From Pseudomonadota bacterium (GTDB lineage Bacteria; Desulfobacterota; Desulfobacteria; Desulfobacterales; JBDRRP01): 50,045 nt of DNA. Shown piece after piece: positions 36,839 to 47,240 of this stretch. The DNA lies in the NCBI GenBank assembly GCA_043825735.1, contig JBDRRP010000058.1, positions 1 to 50,045 on the forward strand. The letters run 5' to 3'. Below the pieces are notes generated by a model. It was not told the origin of the DNA. It saw nothing but the letters and a program-made list of their open reading frames with translations, and did no database searches. Made by a program: the position numbers and the translations under genes. Within the stretch, counting starts at the first letter, position 1, and each line of letters begins with the position of its first letter.

Positions 36839-38090
36839 CGGCGGTTTTCTCCATAGACGGCAAGGCGACCTCCGGACGTGCGGTGAGCGCCATGCCCTGG
36901 GCAGGATTGGCCAGCGCCGATACGACCAAACGCTCTCCGGGAGTGATGCCCTCTCGGACCAGAACGGTCTCGGCGCCACGCCACAACGGCGTCACCCGGC
37001 GGATGTCCAGCGTTTCGTCATCTCTAACGATCCAGATAAATTCATTGTCCCGGAGCGCCTCCCGGGGGATGCTGTAGACTCCGGCCAGTGTCTTTCCCGA
37101 AATCTCCACGCGAACGTATTCGCCAATCAGCAGGGGCGGCATGGGCGCTTTTATACCGGATCGTCCCAGGGGGTGCTTCACCGCCACCAGGACCCGGGCC
37201 ATGCGCCCTTCCGTGTCCACGTCCTTGAGAACGCGGATGACCGCCCCCTCCCGGTAGTACCCGTTGCGGTAACGCACCCGGGCAGTGGCCCCGGTGCGCC
37301 CGTTGCTCTCCGGGATATCGATCCACCGCAGATGATCCACCCGGACGTGGGTTTCAACCCAGAAGACGTCGGTTCCCACCAGTTCGGCCAGGGTGTCCTG
37401 GGTGCTTACCTGGGAGCCCAGATCGATCGATTTATTTCGCACGACGGCATCGAAGGGGGCCCGGATCACGCACCGCGCCAGGTTCAATCGCGCCTGGGCC
37501 AGCTCGGCGGCGGCGGCGGCAAGATCGGCCCGCGCCTTGGCCAAGTGGGGCTTTCTCAGCGCGAGCGCCAGATCTTCTTCGGGCGCGGACTTGCCGTCAT
37601 TGAGGATTTCCCATTCACGCCGGGCCACGTCCTGGTGGCCCATTTCCATTTGCAGCCGGTATTCGGCATCCACCACCGCGCTTTCTCTTTGGGCCACGGC
37701 CAGCCGGTAGTCTTCATCTTCGAGCCGGATCAGGACATCGCCGGCGGCAATGACGCCGCCGTCCAGAAATTCCGGGTGCAACTGGGCCACCTGCCCGGCC
37801 ACGCGTGAACGCAGGGCCATCTCACGGCTGGGGATGACCGTTCCCATGGCCGGGATGAGCACCGGCTGGTCGGCGGGTTCCAGTTGTCGCGTTTCCACCA
37901 GAGGGACAAAACGGGCCGGAGCCCGTTTTGCTGCCTTGGGCACGGTGTTTTTGATGTAAGCCGCCCCGGCGATGCCGGCGGCAATGATCACGAGGCTGAT
38001 GATCAGGTTGGCGATCCACCACCAGGTCCTGCGGTCAGTCCGTGGCTGGGTATCAGGCGTTGGTTCGTTCATGTTCCGACTCATGGTCAC
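36828..38090 (-). CDS. RND periplasmic adaptor (MFP)
   Basis: N-terminal TM, V.G.V lipoyl motifs, coiled coil, IRAPFDAVV. Confidence 0.92.
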   Translation of the reverse strand: MTMSRNMNEPTPDTQPRTDRRTWWWIANLIISLVIIAAGIAGAAYIKNTVPKAAKRAPARFVPLVETRQLEPADQPVLIPAMGTVIPSREMALRSRVAGQVAQLHPEFLDGGVIAAGDVLIRLEDEDYRLAVAQRESAVVDAEYRLQMEMGHQDVARREWEILNDGKSAPEEDLALALRKPHLAKARADLAAAAAELAQARLNLARCVIRAPFDAVVRNKSIDLGSQVSTQDTLAELVGTDVFWVETHVRVDHLRWIDIPESNGRTGATARVRYRNGYYREGAVIRVLKDVDTEGRMARVLVAVKHPLGRSGIKAPMPPLLIGEYVRVEISGKTLAGVYSIPREALRDNEFIWIVRDDETLDIRRVTPLWRGAETVLVREGITPGERLVVSALANPAQGMALTARPEVALPSMEKTADAS

Positions 38091-39508
38091 AGGGTTCCTG
38101 TAATGGCGATCGGGTCAGCGCTTTGGGACGACGTCAGCTCCGATGGCCAGGTGCCTCCCAGGGCACGGTATAGGCTTACTCGATATTGCACCAGGGTGGC
38201 TGTCTGGCGGATCAGATCACGCTCCAGATCCTGAACCGCCAGCAGCTGGGTCAATACCGGCAGGTAGTCGCTCAAGCCGTTGCGATAGCGCGACACCGCC
38301 TCTTCAAGCGCACGGCGCGATGATACGCTCACGGCGTCCAGACCGGTGATGTGCGCTCGCTGCATCGCTTCACTCACCAGTGCGTCTTCCACCTCTTTAA
38401 TTGCTGTGATCACCACCTGCCGGTATGCCCACAGGTTTTCTTCGGTGCGCGCCCGGGTGCGATCGACTTCAGCCTTTCGTCGTCCGCCGTCCAGAAGGGG
38501 CGCGGTGAGGCTTGCCGAGAGGCTGAGCAGCCAGTTATTGAAAAGATCCCCCACATCGGCTTCCCCGTAACGTGCCGTGGCCGTCAGGTTGATGGCCGGC
38601 AGCCGGTTGGCCTGAGCGGCCGCCACCTGCCAGTCGGCTGCGGTCAGCCGCTTGCCCGCAGCGCGGATATCGGGCCGGTTGGCCAGCAGGTCTGCCGGCA
38701 CCCCGGCTGACGGCAAATCTGCGGGTATGGGCAGGCGCTCGCTGGTCACCAAGATATTCATCTGCGGCGATTTGCCAACCAGAACGGCCAACTCGTTCAA
38801 TAGGAGCTGCGCCTGTTGCCGTGCCAGCGGAATGCCGGCGCGTACCCGCTCGACGACCTGTTTTTGCTGATAAACGTCGAGCGCGGAGACCATGGCCTTT
38901 TGAAAGCGCAGCTCGATCAGCTCGAGAAAGGTCTGGTTGATTTTCAGTTGCCGCTCGAGCAGCGCAATCTGCTGGCGCTGGGCGATAAGGCGCACCCATC
39001 GGTCCGCCACCTCGGCGGCAAGGGAGATGGCCGCCGCGTTGACATCCTCCCGGGAGGCCGCGGCCTCCATCACTGCCGCTTCACGTTCGGAACGGATCCG
39101 GCCCCACAGGTCCAGTTCATAGCGGCTGATAAGGCCCACGGAGGCATTTTCCAGGCTGCTGGTTCCCCCACTACCGGAGTGCTGGCGCCCCGTCGTCGCA
39201 CCCGCCGCGGCGTCCAGCCCGGGATAGATCGCGGCGCCGGCCTGAACGGCGCGGGCCTGGGCCTGGGAAAGCCGCGCCCAGGATTCCTTGAGGCCGAAGT
39301 TGCCGCCCAGGGCCTCGTCGATCAACGCCGTGAGGTCCGGTGCCGAAAAGCTTTCCCACCAGCGATCCATGGGCACGGCCTCGGCTGAATACAGTGAAAA
39401 CCGAGGGCCGATATCCTGGGTGACGGGCGTCCGGGGCTGAGGGGTGAAGGGACTGCAGGCCATGGCCAGCAGCAGGAGGATCCACAGCGCCGAGGGCATG
39501 ATACGCAT
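38087..39508 (-). CDS. Outer-membrane efflux lipoprotein (NodT/OprM/TolC family)
   Basis: Lipobox AMAC, WWESF..P.L..LI..AL..N, YELDLWGR, P.DLL.NRPDIRAA, LYRALGG.W. Confidence 0.93.
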   Translation of the reverse strand: MRIMPSALWILLLLAMACSPFTPQPRTPVTQDIGPRFSLYSAEAVPMDRWWESFSAPDLTALIDEALGGNFGLKESWARLSQAQARAVQAGAAIYPGLDAAAGATTGRQHSGSGGTSSLENASVGLISRYELDLWGRIRSEREAAVMEAAASREDVNAAAISLAAEVADRWVRLIAQRQQIALLERQLKINQTFLELIELRFQKAMVSALDVYQQKQVVERVRAGIPLARQQAQLLLNELAVLVGKSPQMNILVTSERLPIPADLPSAGVPADLLANRPDIRAAGKRLTAADWQVAAAQANRLPAINLTATARYGEADVGDLFNNWLLSLSASLTAPLLDGGRRKAEVDRTRARTEENLWAYRQVVITAIKEVEDALVSEAMQRAHITGLDAVSVSSRRALEEAVSRYRNGLSDYLPVLTQLLAVQDLERDLIRQTATLVQYRVSLYRALGGTWPSELTSSQSADPIAITGTL

Positions 39509-40003
39509 TTTGCGAAAACCGCCGCCCAATGCCCTGAACCCGGCATTTTTGGGCTTTCGCAAGAGACTGCGGGGGTGCCAACACTGCGCCCCCATCCTGT
39601 ATGATGCGCCCCGGCTGTCCAATCAGTTTCGTCCTTGCGCCGACGCCAAGTGCCTCGGCAAATAAATATGTTATGTCAGGAGACGCCGTTTATGAAAACG
39701 CTCTCGCTACAAGACGTGTCGGCGAGCTCTCATTGAGCGGCGACCGGCAATGCGCTCCCTTTTCCGGGTCAACACCCCGGCCAACCCGGCGCGGACAATA
39801 CCCATGTGAGCCCCCCCCGCTCTAATATCGCAGTGTCACGGGGGACGCCAGCAAATGGATATAGTATAAGTACGCCGACCCGGAAACTCAAAATTAGACC
39901 CTTTGTTCTCTTTTTGCTTGACTGCAGGCATGCGCGGCGTATAAAGGCCGCCGCTTTAAAATTCCGACGGTCTCTCCCGGCACCGTCACAACAGAGGTGG
40001 TTT

Positions 40004-40867
40004 ATGAAAACCGGTAAATATCATCGCATCTCGTCCATCTTCCACAATCTGCTCCTGATCTCTCTTGGCTCGCTCGTTTTCGGCTTCGGCGTAAAAGCCA
40101 TCGCCGTCCCCAATGGTATGATCACCGGCGGCATGTCCGGCGTGGGGTTGCTGCTGTATTATGCCACCGGCAAACTGTCGCCCGGGCTGTGGTACCTGGT
40201 GATCAACCTGCCCATCTTCATTGCCGGGTGGCTCATGGTCAGCCGCCGGTTTTTCTTCTACAGCCTCTACGGGATGCTCGTGGCGTCTTTCGCCATGGAC
40301 CTGATCACCGTCACCGTCCCCATCCACGACGGCTTTCTGGTGATGCTGGCCGGCGGCGCCGTTATTGGCGCGGGCGCCGGCATCACGTTTCATTCCCTGG
40401 GCTCCATGGGCGGCAACGACATCATCGCCGTCATTTTGAACCAGCGCTACAGTGTGCGCATGGGTACCTATTTCTTTATTTTCAATATCGTGCTCTTCGC
40501 GCTCAGCTTCGGCGTCATCCCGGTGGACATGGTGCTCTATTCCCTGTCCATGAGTTTTGTAACCTCCCAGGTGCTCGACTATGTACTGTCGATGTTCAAC
40601 CAGCGGAAAATGGTGCTCATCATCACCGATGCCGCTGAGCGCATCTCCGCCGACATCAACGCCCGCCTCCAGCGGGGCGCCACGCTGATCGCCGGTGTCG
40701 GCAGTTTCACCAAGGCCCCCCGCACCGTCGTCATGACCGTGGTCCACAATGTCCAGCTCAAGCGACTGGAAGAGCTGGTCCTCACCACCGATCCGGATGC
40801 GTTCATGATCATGGAAAACACCTTCAACGTCATCGGCCGCGGGTTTTCCAGGCGGAAGGTATATTAG
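40004..40867 (+). CDS. YitT family membrane protein (DUF161/DUF2179)
   Basis: GGMSG, INLPIF, GS.GG.DII, RGAT...G.G.FT, DP.AF..., V.GRGF; GAGG RBS; TTGACT-N16-TATAAA at 39918-39945. Confidence 0.9.
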   Translation: MKTGKYHRISSIFHNLLLISLGSLVFGFGVKAIAVPNGMITGGMSGVGLLLYYATGKLSPGLWYLVINLPIFIAGWLMVSRRFFFYSLYGMLVASFAMDLITVTVPIHDGFLVMLAGGAVIGAGAGITFHSLGSMGGNDIIAVILNQRYSVRMGTYFFIFNIVLFALSFGVIPVDMVLYSLSMSFVTSQVLDYVLSMFNQRKMVLIITDAAERISADINARLQRGATLIAGVGSFTKAPRTVVMTVVHNVQLKRLEELVLTTDPDAFMIMENTFNVIGRGFSRRKVY

Positions 40868-41179
40868 AGGGGGACGTCGGGGATCGGATGTCAGAAGTGC
40901 AGTTTCCCGGATCCCTGACCTCTGGCCTCCGATCCCGGATCACGGCTTTCTGATTTCATGCCTTAACGGTCTCGGTCATCCCAGCCGCAGTTGGGCAAGG
41001 CCCATGGCGGGAAACGCGGCGACGGGCCGAGACATCTGCCATGCTCGGCCCTGTTCTGTCGGTGCGGGGTTGACTTGCACATCGGCGCGATGATGCTGAT
41101 CAAGGGGTCCGGGATATAACGGGCACATACCGATTGCTGCCCGCAGCACCGCGTCAGCCAATATCTCACGCTCAATCGC

Positions 41180-41668
41180 TCAGTGGAACGGGAATTTATC
41201 CCAAAAAATCTGATCGCCCTTTTGCCAGTCCGGTCCGAAGCGGCTCTCGCAAAAACCGCCCAGTCGGTGCATCCAGCGTGTCCACGGGCTGATGCCCTTG
41301 GCGCGGTCGTCGAGGATGTCGTTGAGATGGGCCGCGATATTGATCATCTCTTCTTTGGGCAGGTAGTAATCGGCGCCGCCGGATACGGAGCGCTTGATGC
41401 TTTCAGGGCTCAGGGCATGGGCGGTCAACATGACCGATATGATGTTCCTTCCGGCGGCGATCTCCAGCAGATCAAATCCGTTGACACCCATGATGTCCAG
41501 AACGGCGATATCGAAAGGCGCGCGCTCCAGCGCGGCGCGGGCCTCTTCAAAGGACGACGCCCGGACCGTTTCGCACTCGGAAAGCAGATCTTCGAGTGTT
41601 TCCAGGATGTCGGGCTCGTCGTCCACCAGCAGGATTTTTTTCCCTTCCAAACGTTTGGCTGTCGTCAT
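41180..41668 (-). CDS. Single-domain response regulator receiver with C-terminal extension
   Basis: ILLVDDE, LDIMGVNG, MLTAH, PK; GGAGG RBS. Confidence 0.88.
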   Translation of the reverse strand: MTTAKRLEGKKILLVDDEPDILETLEDLLSECETVRASSFEEARAALERAPFDIAVLDIMGVNGFDLLEIAAGRNIISVMLTAHALSPESIKRSVSGGADYYLPKEEMINIAAHLNDILDDRAKGISPWTRWMHRLGGFCESRFGPDWQKGDQIFWDKFPFH

Positions 41669-41800
41669 TGTGTAGCCTCCCATTGAAAACGCCGGTTGCA
41701 CCGGCCGGCAAGGGGCGATGTGAAGCGCGTTTGCGGTCCTGTCGGAAAAGGGGCCGGCGCCAAATGGCACCTCAATCGAGTTTCCCGTCGGCGGCCGGCC

Positions 41801-41989
41801 CTATCCGTTGTCGTCGCAGTCAAGCAGATCGCAGATGTTCAACTCCAGCATTTTGACGCTGGCCAGAATCCGGGCGGTATTGCGCCGGACCGCCGGTATG
41901 GATTCACCGGTGCGATAAAGACGCTCCGCACACTGTTTCAGTGCCCGTATTTCACTGTCCAGTTCACGCAGTTGCGGTTGGCAGTCCAT
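41801..41989 (-). CDS. Small hypothetical protein
   Basis: GAGG RBS, helical 62 aa, directly downstream of the CoA ligase. Confidence 0.65.
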   Translation of the reverse strand: MDCQPQLRELDSEIRALKQCAERLYRTGESIPAVRRNTARILASVKMLELNICDLLDCDDNG

Positions 41990-42006
41990 CCTCTTTCCTC
42001 CGATCT

Positions 42007-43341
42007 TCAGTGGCCTTTCGTGCGCAGGTCCTTGAAGCGCTTGGCCTTGACTTCGTAGCGCGGCAGTTTGCCGTGATCGTAGATTTCGATCCGGTAGCCC
42101 AGGTTGGTCTTCAATCGCAGCTGGTCCTTGAGAGTCTGCTCGATATTGCGGGCCCGGGCTTCTGCTCCCGGCACCAGCTCGACTTTGAGCTTGATCCGGT
42201 CCGCATCTCCGAGTTTGTCCACGATGACTTCGTACTCGTCACCGAGGCCGTCGATGCTGCGGACCACATCTTCGATAGCCGAGGGGGCCAGAAGCACACC
42301 CTTGACCTTGGTGATGTCGTCGGAGCGTCCCAGGACGCCGCCGTCGATGACCCTGAAGCTGCGCCCGCATGGGCAGGGCTCGGATGACCAGGCGATCACG
42401 TCCTTGGAATCGAAGCGGATGCATGGCTGGGCGGCCCGGTCCAGAGCGGTGATGATCATCTTTCCCTGGTGGCCCGGCGTATCGATGGGCGCTCCGGTTT
42501 CGATGTCTTCAATCTCCACGAGGAAAAACGCTTCATTGACATGCATGCCGCCGGGCTGTTCCAGGCATTCAAAAGACCAGGCCCCGATTTCCGTGGCGCC
42601 GGCATGGTCAAAAACCTTGGCGTTCCAGGCATTTTCCATCCGACCCTTGGTGCTGGGAATGCACGCGCCCGGCTCTCCGGCGCAAGTGATTCTGGCAATG
42701 CCCAGCGCTGCCGGATCGATATCCAGCTTGGTTCGGGCCATGTCGGCCATATTGAGGACATAGGTGGGGGTAGCCATCATGGCCGTAGGCCGGATCTCCT
42801 GAATCTTCAATATCCGCGCCACCGTATCCAGCACGCCTCCGGGAACCACTTCGCATCCGATCTTCTCCGCTGCATAGTGACCGGCCCAGAAAGCGACGAA
42901 TACGTTATAACCGAAAGGGATAAATACACGGTCGGAGGGGCGGTACCCCTGAGCCCACAGGATAAAAGACCAGCATTCGGCCCACCATTCCCAGTCGGGC
43001 CAGGAGTCGGCCTGGTAGACCGGTTGCCCCGTGGTTCCGCTGGTCTGGTGAAAGGCGCTCACCGCTTCCAGGGGAACGCACAGGGCGTCCCCGTAAGGAA
43101 AAGGATTCTTTCGCTGAATCCCCTGCATCATGGCCTTTTCCACCTTGGGAACGCGCCGGATATCCTCAAAGCTTCTGATATCCTCCGGAGTGATGCCGGC
43201 CGCATCGTAAAGGGACCGGTGGAACCGTGAGTGATGGTAGGCCCAGGAAAAAATCCGCCTGAATTTTTTGAGCTGAAGTTCCCGCAATCGCTCCCGAGGC
43301 AGGGTTTCGAGAAAGGGGTTCCAGTAAGGCGTCGGGTTCAT
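42007..43341 (-). CDS. Phenylacetate-CoA ligase family protein
   Basis: TSGTTG.P, ATPTY, AGEPG, GATE.G, GRSDDI.KVKGV, C-terminal KAKRF.D.R. Confidence 0.9.
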   Translation of the reverse strand: MNPTPYWNPFLETLPRERLRELQLKKFRRIFSWAYHHSRFHRSLYDAAGITPEDIRSFEDIRRVPKVEKAMMQGIQRKNPFPYGDALCVPLEAVSAFHQTSGTTGQPVYQADSWPDWEWWAECWSFILWAQGYRPSDRVFIPFGYNVFVAFWAGHYAAEKIGCEVVPGGVLDTVARILKIQEIRPTAMMATPTYVLNMADMARTKLDIDPAALGIARITCAGEPGACIPSTKGRMENAWNAKVFDHAGATEIGAWSFECLEQPGGMHVNEAFFLVEIEDIETGAPIDTPGHQGKMIITALDRAAQPCIRFDSKDVIAWSSEPCPCGRSFRVIDGGVLGRSDDITKVKGVLLAPSAIEDVVRSIDGLGDEYEVIVDKLGDADRIKLKVELVPGAEARARNIEQTLKDQLRLKTNLGYRIEIYDHGKLPRYEVKAKRFKDLRTKGH

Positions 43342-43372
43342 CGGTCTTGTCCTTTTCGGCTGCCGGCAGTCA

Positions 43373-44686
43373 TCAGTACATCTTACCGGGAAGATAGAGA
43401 ATGATTTGCGGAAAGAGAACCATCAGGGCAGTGCCGATGATGGTGGCGATCAGAAACGGCATGATCCCCTTGAAGATGCTCTCCAGGGGAATCTGGTCGC
43501 CAACGCTCGCCGACACACCGAAGACCACGTATACGTTGATGCCGACCGGCGGCGTGATGACCCCCATCTGGGTCACCAGAACGATGATCACCCCGAACCA
43601 GATCGGATCGTAGCCCAATTGGGTAATAACGGGGAAAAAGATGGGGATGGTCAGCATGACCAGCGCCAGGGCGTCCATAATGCAGCCGCCGAGCAGGTAA
43701 ACCCCGACCACTGTAGCCATGATCACAAAGGGGGGCAGGTCGAACTGGCCGATCCATGAAGCCAGGTTGAAGGGAATGCGGGTGATGGCCAGAAACTTGC
43801 CGAAGACCACCGCGCCGGCGATGAGAAACATCACCATGCAGGAGGTCCGCAGGGTTTCGTTGAGCGCCTTGACAAAGCCCTGCCAGGAAAGCTGGCGCCG
43901 AACCACCGACACCAGCAGCACGCCGAAGGCACCGACCGCCGCGGCCTCGGTGGGGGTAAACAATCCCGCGGCCATCCCGCCCATGACAAAAGCGAAGACG
44001 AGCACCGTGTCGATCATCCCGGTCAAAGACCGCAGCCGCTGTTTCCAGGTAAAGGATTCTCCCCGCGGACCCTGCTCCGGCGACATCCAGCACCAGATCA
44101 TAATGGCCAGGATGTAGAGAACCGTTATCACCAGCGCGGGAATGATGCCGGCAATAAACAGGGCGCCGATGGACTGTTCGGTGAGAATGCCGTAGACGAT
44201 CAGGACCACCGACGGCGGCATGATCATGCCAAGCCCGCCCCCGGCCGCGACGGATCCCGACGCCAGTTCGTCGGCATACCGGTAACGCTTCATCTCCGGC
44301 AATCCCACGGTGGCCATGGTCGCCGCCGTGGCCGGACTGGATCCGCAGACCGCCCCGAAGGCTGTGCACGCTGCCACCGTGGCCATGGCCAGCCCCCCGC
44401 GGGTGCTGCCCATGAATTTGTAAGCTGTTTCATAGAGCCGCCGGCTGATACCGCTGTTGAAGGCGAACTGCCCCATGAGGATGAACAGGGGGATGGTGGT
44501 CAGACCGTAGTTGGTAAAGGTCTCGTAGATGTTTCGCGACAGCAGCGCTTGCCCGCTCTTGAGCGATACCAGCCCGGAAAAACCGACAAACCCGACCAGC
44601 GTCATGACATAGGCGACAGGCATTCGGGTCATAAAAAGCGCCAGCATTACAAGAATGCCGATGACCCCGATCATGGAGGAACTCAT
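43373..44686 (-). CDS. dctM: TRAP transporter large permease
   Basis: IPLFILMG, GSS.ATAA, MPPS...IVYG, FTPTEAAA, ITPPVG.N. Confidence 0.94.
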   Translation of the reverse strand: MSSSMIGVIGILVMLALFMTRMPVAYVMTLVGFVGFSGLVSLKSGQALLSRNIYETFTNYGLTTIPLFILMGQFAFNSGISRRLYETAYKFMGSTRGGLAMATVAACTAFGAVCGSSPATAATMATVGLPEMKRYRYADELASGSVAAGGGLGMIMPPSVVLIVYGILTEQSIGALFIAGIIPALVITVLYILAIMIWCWMSPEQGPRGESFTWKQRLRSLTGMIDTVLVFAFVMGGMAAGLFTPTEAAAVGAFGVLLVSVVRRQLSWQGFVKALNETLRTSCMVMFLIAGAVVFGKFLAITRIPFNLASWIGQFDLPPFVIMATVVGVYLLGGCIMDALALVMLTIPIFFPVITQLGYDPIWFGVIIVLVTQMGVITPPVGINVYVVFGVSASVGDQIPLESIFKGIMPFLIATIIGTALMVLFPQIILYLPGKMY

Positions 44687-45171
44687 GGATTACCTCTCAG
44701 CTGGCGGATGAAATTGACGATATCTTTGAGGATGGTCAGGGTGAAGATCAGAAAGCAGAACGATGTGCAGTAGATCAGCAAGTGCTCTGGCAGTTCCAGG
44801 CTCATGGAAACCGTCCCGGAACGCTGCATGGTCCGGCCGTAGAGGACCATCTGCCAGGTCACCACGGCAAAGAGCGCCAGGCTGATGACGGACATGCAAA
44901 GATCGATCAGCGTCTGCACCCTTTTCGAGCAGAGACGGACGAGTAATTCCACGCCGATATGGGCCCCGGCCCGGTGGGTGTAGGGCAGCGCCAGGGCGAC
45001 GGCCATGGTGGCCATAAAGCCGACCAATTCCACCGACCCGGGGATCGGGTAGTTGAACTTTCGCCCCACCACGTCCACACAGGTTAAAAGGGTCATTCCC
45101 ATCAGGCAGCAGATGCCCACGCCCCTGAGCAGATCCGACGCCCGGTCGACCAGATTCCAAAACCTACGCAT
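44683..45171 (-). CDS. dctQ: TRAP transporter small permease
   Basis: Four TM segments, DVVGR...P..GS.EL, HI.VELL; GAGGGG RBS before ATG 45171. Confidence 0.92.
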   Translation of the reverse strand: MRRFWNLVDRASDLLRGVGICCLMGMTLLTCVDVVGRKFNYPIPGSVELVGFMATMAVALALPYTHRAGAHIGVELLVRLCSKRVQTLIDLCMSVISLALFAVVTWQMVLYGRTMQRSGTVSMSLELPEHLLIYCTSFCFLIFTLTILKDIVNFIRQLRGNP

Positions 45172-45263
45172 GCGTTCCCCCTCGGATCCCAGTGAAAGGG
45201 ACGGAGGGCCCTTTTCAAACCCCCCGTCCACGCGATGATATGGCTTTTGACAGGCTGTCAGAC

Positions 45264-45411
45264 TAGTGTCCATCCAGAAATGGTAGATTTTGGTTCAGAG
45301 CAAGGCTTGAGCATTTTCGGAACCGGAGGAATAGCGGAGCTATTTTGAGGATTTCGAAAAGTGCGAAAACGCCGCTCTGGGCCAAAAGATGCCGTTTATG
45401 GATGGGCACTA
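45264..45411. mobile_element. Complete MITE-like element (family B), 148 bp
   Basis: Terminal inverted repeats TAGTGTCCATCCAGAAATGG / CCGTTTATGGATGGGCACTA, central hairpin AATAGC-GGA-GCTATT; inserted between dctP and dctQ. Confidence 0.85.
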
Positions 45412-45413
45412 TA

Positions 45414-46433
45414 CTATTTGAGGTCTGCCAGGCTTTTCTGGGTAAACGCCACGATTTCCTTGCCGTTTAACCCCTGCTTGTCGAGCGATCCGATATAATC
45501 GTCGATGATCGGCGACACGGCCGCTTTCCAGCGAGCGGCCTCTTTGGCATCTACGCCGATGATCTGGCCGCCCTGGTCGAGGAAAAAGCGCAGCCCGTCC
45601 ATGTCGCTCTCGTCCCAGGCATCGCCGTGCTTTACGATCCATTCGCGGTTGATGCCTTCGATGATCTTCTGCAGCTCGGGCGACAGGGCGTTCCATTTTT
45701 CCTTGTTCATGACCACAAAAAAGGATGTCGTATAGGCGGCAGAGAAGGCGGCGGTACAGTAACGCGTCACTTCGCCCAGTTTCCACCCCTTGTTGGACTC
45801 CAGGGGATAGACCGCGCCATCGACCACGCCTTTTTGAAGCATTTCATAGGTTTCCGGCATGGGCTTGGGCACAGCGGTGCCGCCCAGCGCTTGCACCACC
45901 AGGGCGCTGGTACCGTGGGCGCGGAATTTGAGCCCTTTCATGTCTTCGAGCGTTTTGACCGGCCGGGTCTTGGTGTGAACCAGGCCTGGCCCGTGGGCGT
46001 GCAGGTACATCACCTGGGTATCGCTCAGTTCGGCGGGCTTGAACTTTTCATAGACCGCGTTGACCACCTGGGTGGCCACCTTGCCGCTGGTATATCCCAG
46101 GGGCAGGTCCACGGCGGAGAGCACTGGAAAGCGCCCCCGGGTGTAGGCCAGCACCGAGAACCCCACATCGGAAAGGCCTTGTACCACGCCGTCGTAAACC
46201 TGCTGGGCCTTGGTCAGGGTTTGGCCGGCGAAATACGCCACCGTGACCCGTCCGTCGGTGCGCTTTTCCACCTCCTTGCACCAGGCCTCGGCGAGTTTGC
46301 TCTGGATGTGCGTCGGCGGGAAGAAATTGCTGTAGGTCAGCTTGACGGTTTCTGCAACTGCAACCGGGCTGAAGGCAAAAATCGATGCCACAGCCATAAT
46401 GACCACCATCATCATCCGCGAAAAACGTTTCAT
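45414..46433 (-). CDS. dctP: TRAP substrate-binding protein
   Basis: Signal peptide, VEKRTDGRV, DMKGLKFR, YEMLQKGVVDG, MNK.KW..L..E.Q. Confidence 0.94.
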   Translation of the reverse strand: MKRFSRMMMVVIMAVASIFAFSPVAVAETVKLTYSNFFPPTHIQSKLAEAWCKEVEKRTDGRVTVAYFAGQTLTKAQQVYDGVVQGLSDVGFSVLAYTRGRFPVLSAVDLPLGYTSGKVATQVVNAVYEKFKPAELSDTQVMYLHAHGPGLVHTKTRPVKTLEDMKGLKFRAHGTSALVVQALGGTAVPKPMPETYEMLQKGVVDGAVYPLESNKGWKLGEVTRYCTAAFSAAYTTSFFVVMNKEKWNALSPELQKIIEGINREWIVKHGDAWDESDMDGLRFFLDQGGQIIGVDAKEAARWKAAVSPIIDDYIGSLDKQGLNGKEIVAFTQKSLADLK

Positions 46434-46645
46434 CGTGAACCCTCCTTTTGTAAGAATACGGTTATGTACTGCGAACGGACACGGTTCGTATTTCCCGGTG
46501 CTTCAAATATGACGCATAGAAAACGCTGCGTTGAACCGGTGCTGCTTTTTTCTTATCGGTATCCGGCGTCTCGTCGAGCACAAACTGAGTCCACTGGCTT
46601 AGAGCTAAAATGCAGCTACCATGTAGTTATGAATAATTCAAGTTT

Positions 46646-46985
46646 TCATGCGGATTCCGGCGTCGTGCCGGTCAAGGCCGCCATTTCATAGCGGGTGAAA
46701 TTCACCGGTGAGCCGAACTTATTGTAAAGCGTGTACAGCACCCGGGCGAGACGATCTGCGACCCTTTTTTCAATCAGGTTTATGATCCGAAGGTTGGCAC
46801 TGTCCACAGCTTTTCCAAGGATTGAGATGGCAGTGATGATGAGGTTGGGATGCTGCATGACAAAAGGCAGGAAATTTTTTTGACTGACGCATAGCAGGAG
46901 GACATCGGACAAGGCACCAGCGGCCGTCGAACGCAGTGAACAGGCAAACGGACTCACCAGATAAAAATGATAAGTAAGAGGTCAC
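46646..46985 (-). pseudogene. Degraded Crp/Fnr regulator
   Basis: Frame 46770-46985 gives the cNMP-domain start (GESVCLFTAFDG). Frame 46646-46957 gives ...RLARVL..L....G....FTR.EMAALTGTTPESA*, stopping inside the HTH. Confidence 0.75.
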
Positions 46986-47011
46986 ATCTTAAATATTCAC
47001 TTTGGCGTCGG

Positions 47012-47164
47012 TCACTTTGCCGGAGCGGTGTTGTCTTTGGGCACGACCGCTTCCTGCGCTTGGCGTGGCTTACCCATTTTTGTGGAGGCCCCACTTTTAT
47101 CGGGTGTTTGTGCACACGCAGCAAGAAACGAACCGATCATAAGACAGGCTGCAATTGCTGCCAA
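47012..47164 (-). pseudogene. Small lipoprotein remnant, 5' end removed by IS3
   Basis: Reads LAAIAACLMIGSFLAAC-AQTPDK...PAK*: an h-region and lipobox starting right at the IS end, with no n-region or RBS. Confidence 0.55.
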
Positions 47165-47240
47165 ATGGGGTGGACCCCAAAGCTTGGACAGCCGGATGGG
47201 TTCGTTAAGCTAAGAGCCAGAAGAATAAAATATAGAGGCA

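Noticed and set aside
33926..37808. Long plus-strand ORFs (33926-34786, 35057-36592, 36648-37808)
   Set aside because: Antisense shadows of GC-rich RND genes with no recognisable motifs. The same applies to 13208-14164, 39986-40747, 42469-43230 and 45627-46691.
39509..40003. Divergent 500-bp gap between the OMF and yitT genes as an ncRNA or regulator
   Set aside because: Only a promoter-like site is supportable; no recognisable RNA motif or credible ORF.
40963..41175. 70-aa ORF downstream of the response regulator
   Set aside because: TTG start without RBS, atypical composition and no family motif.
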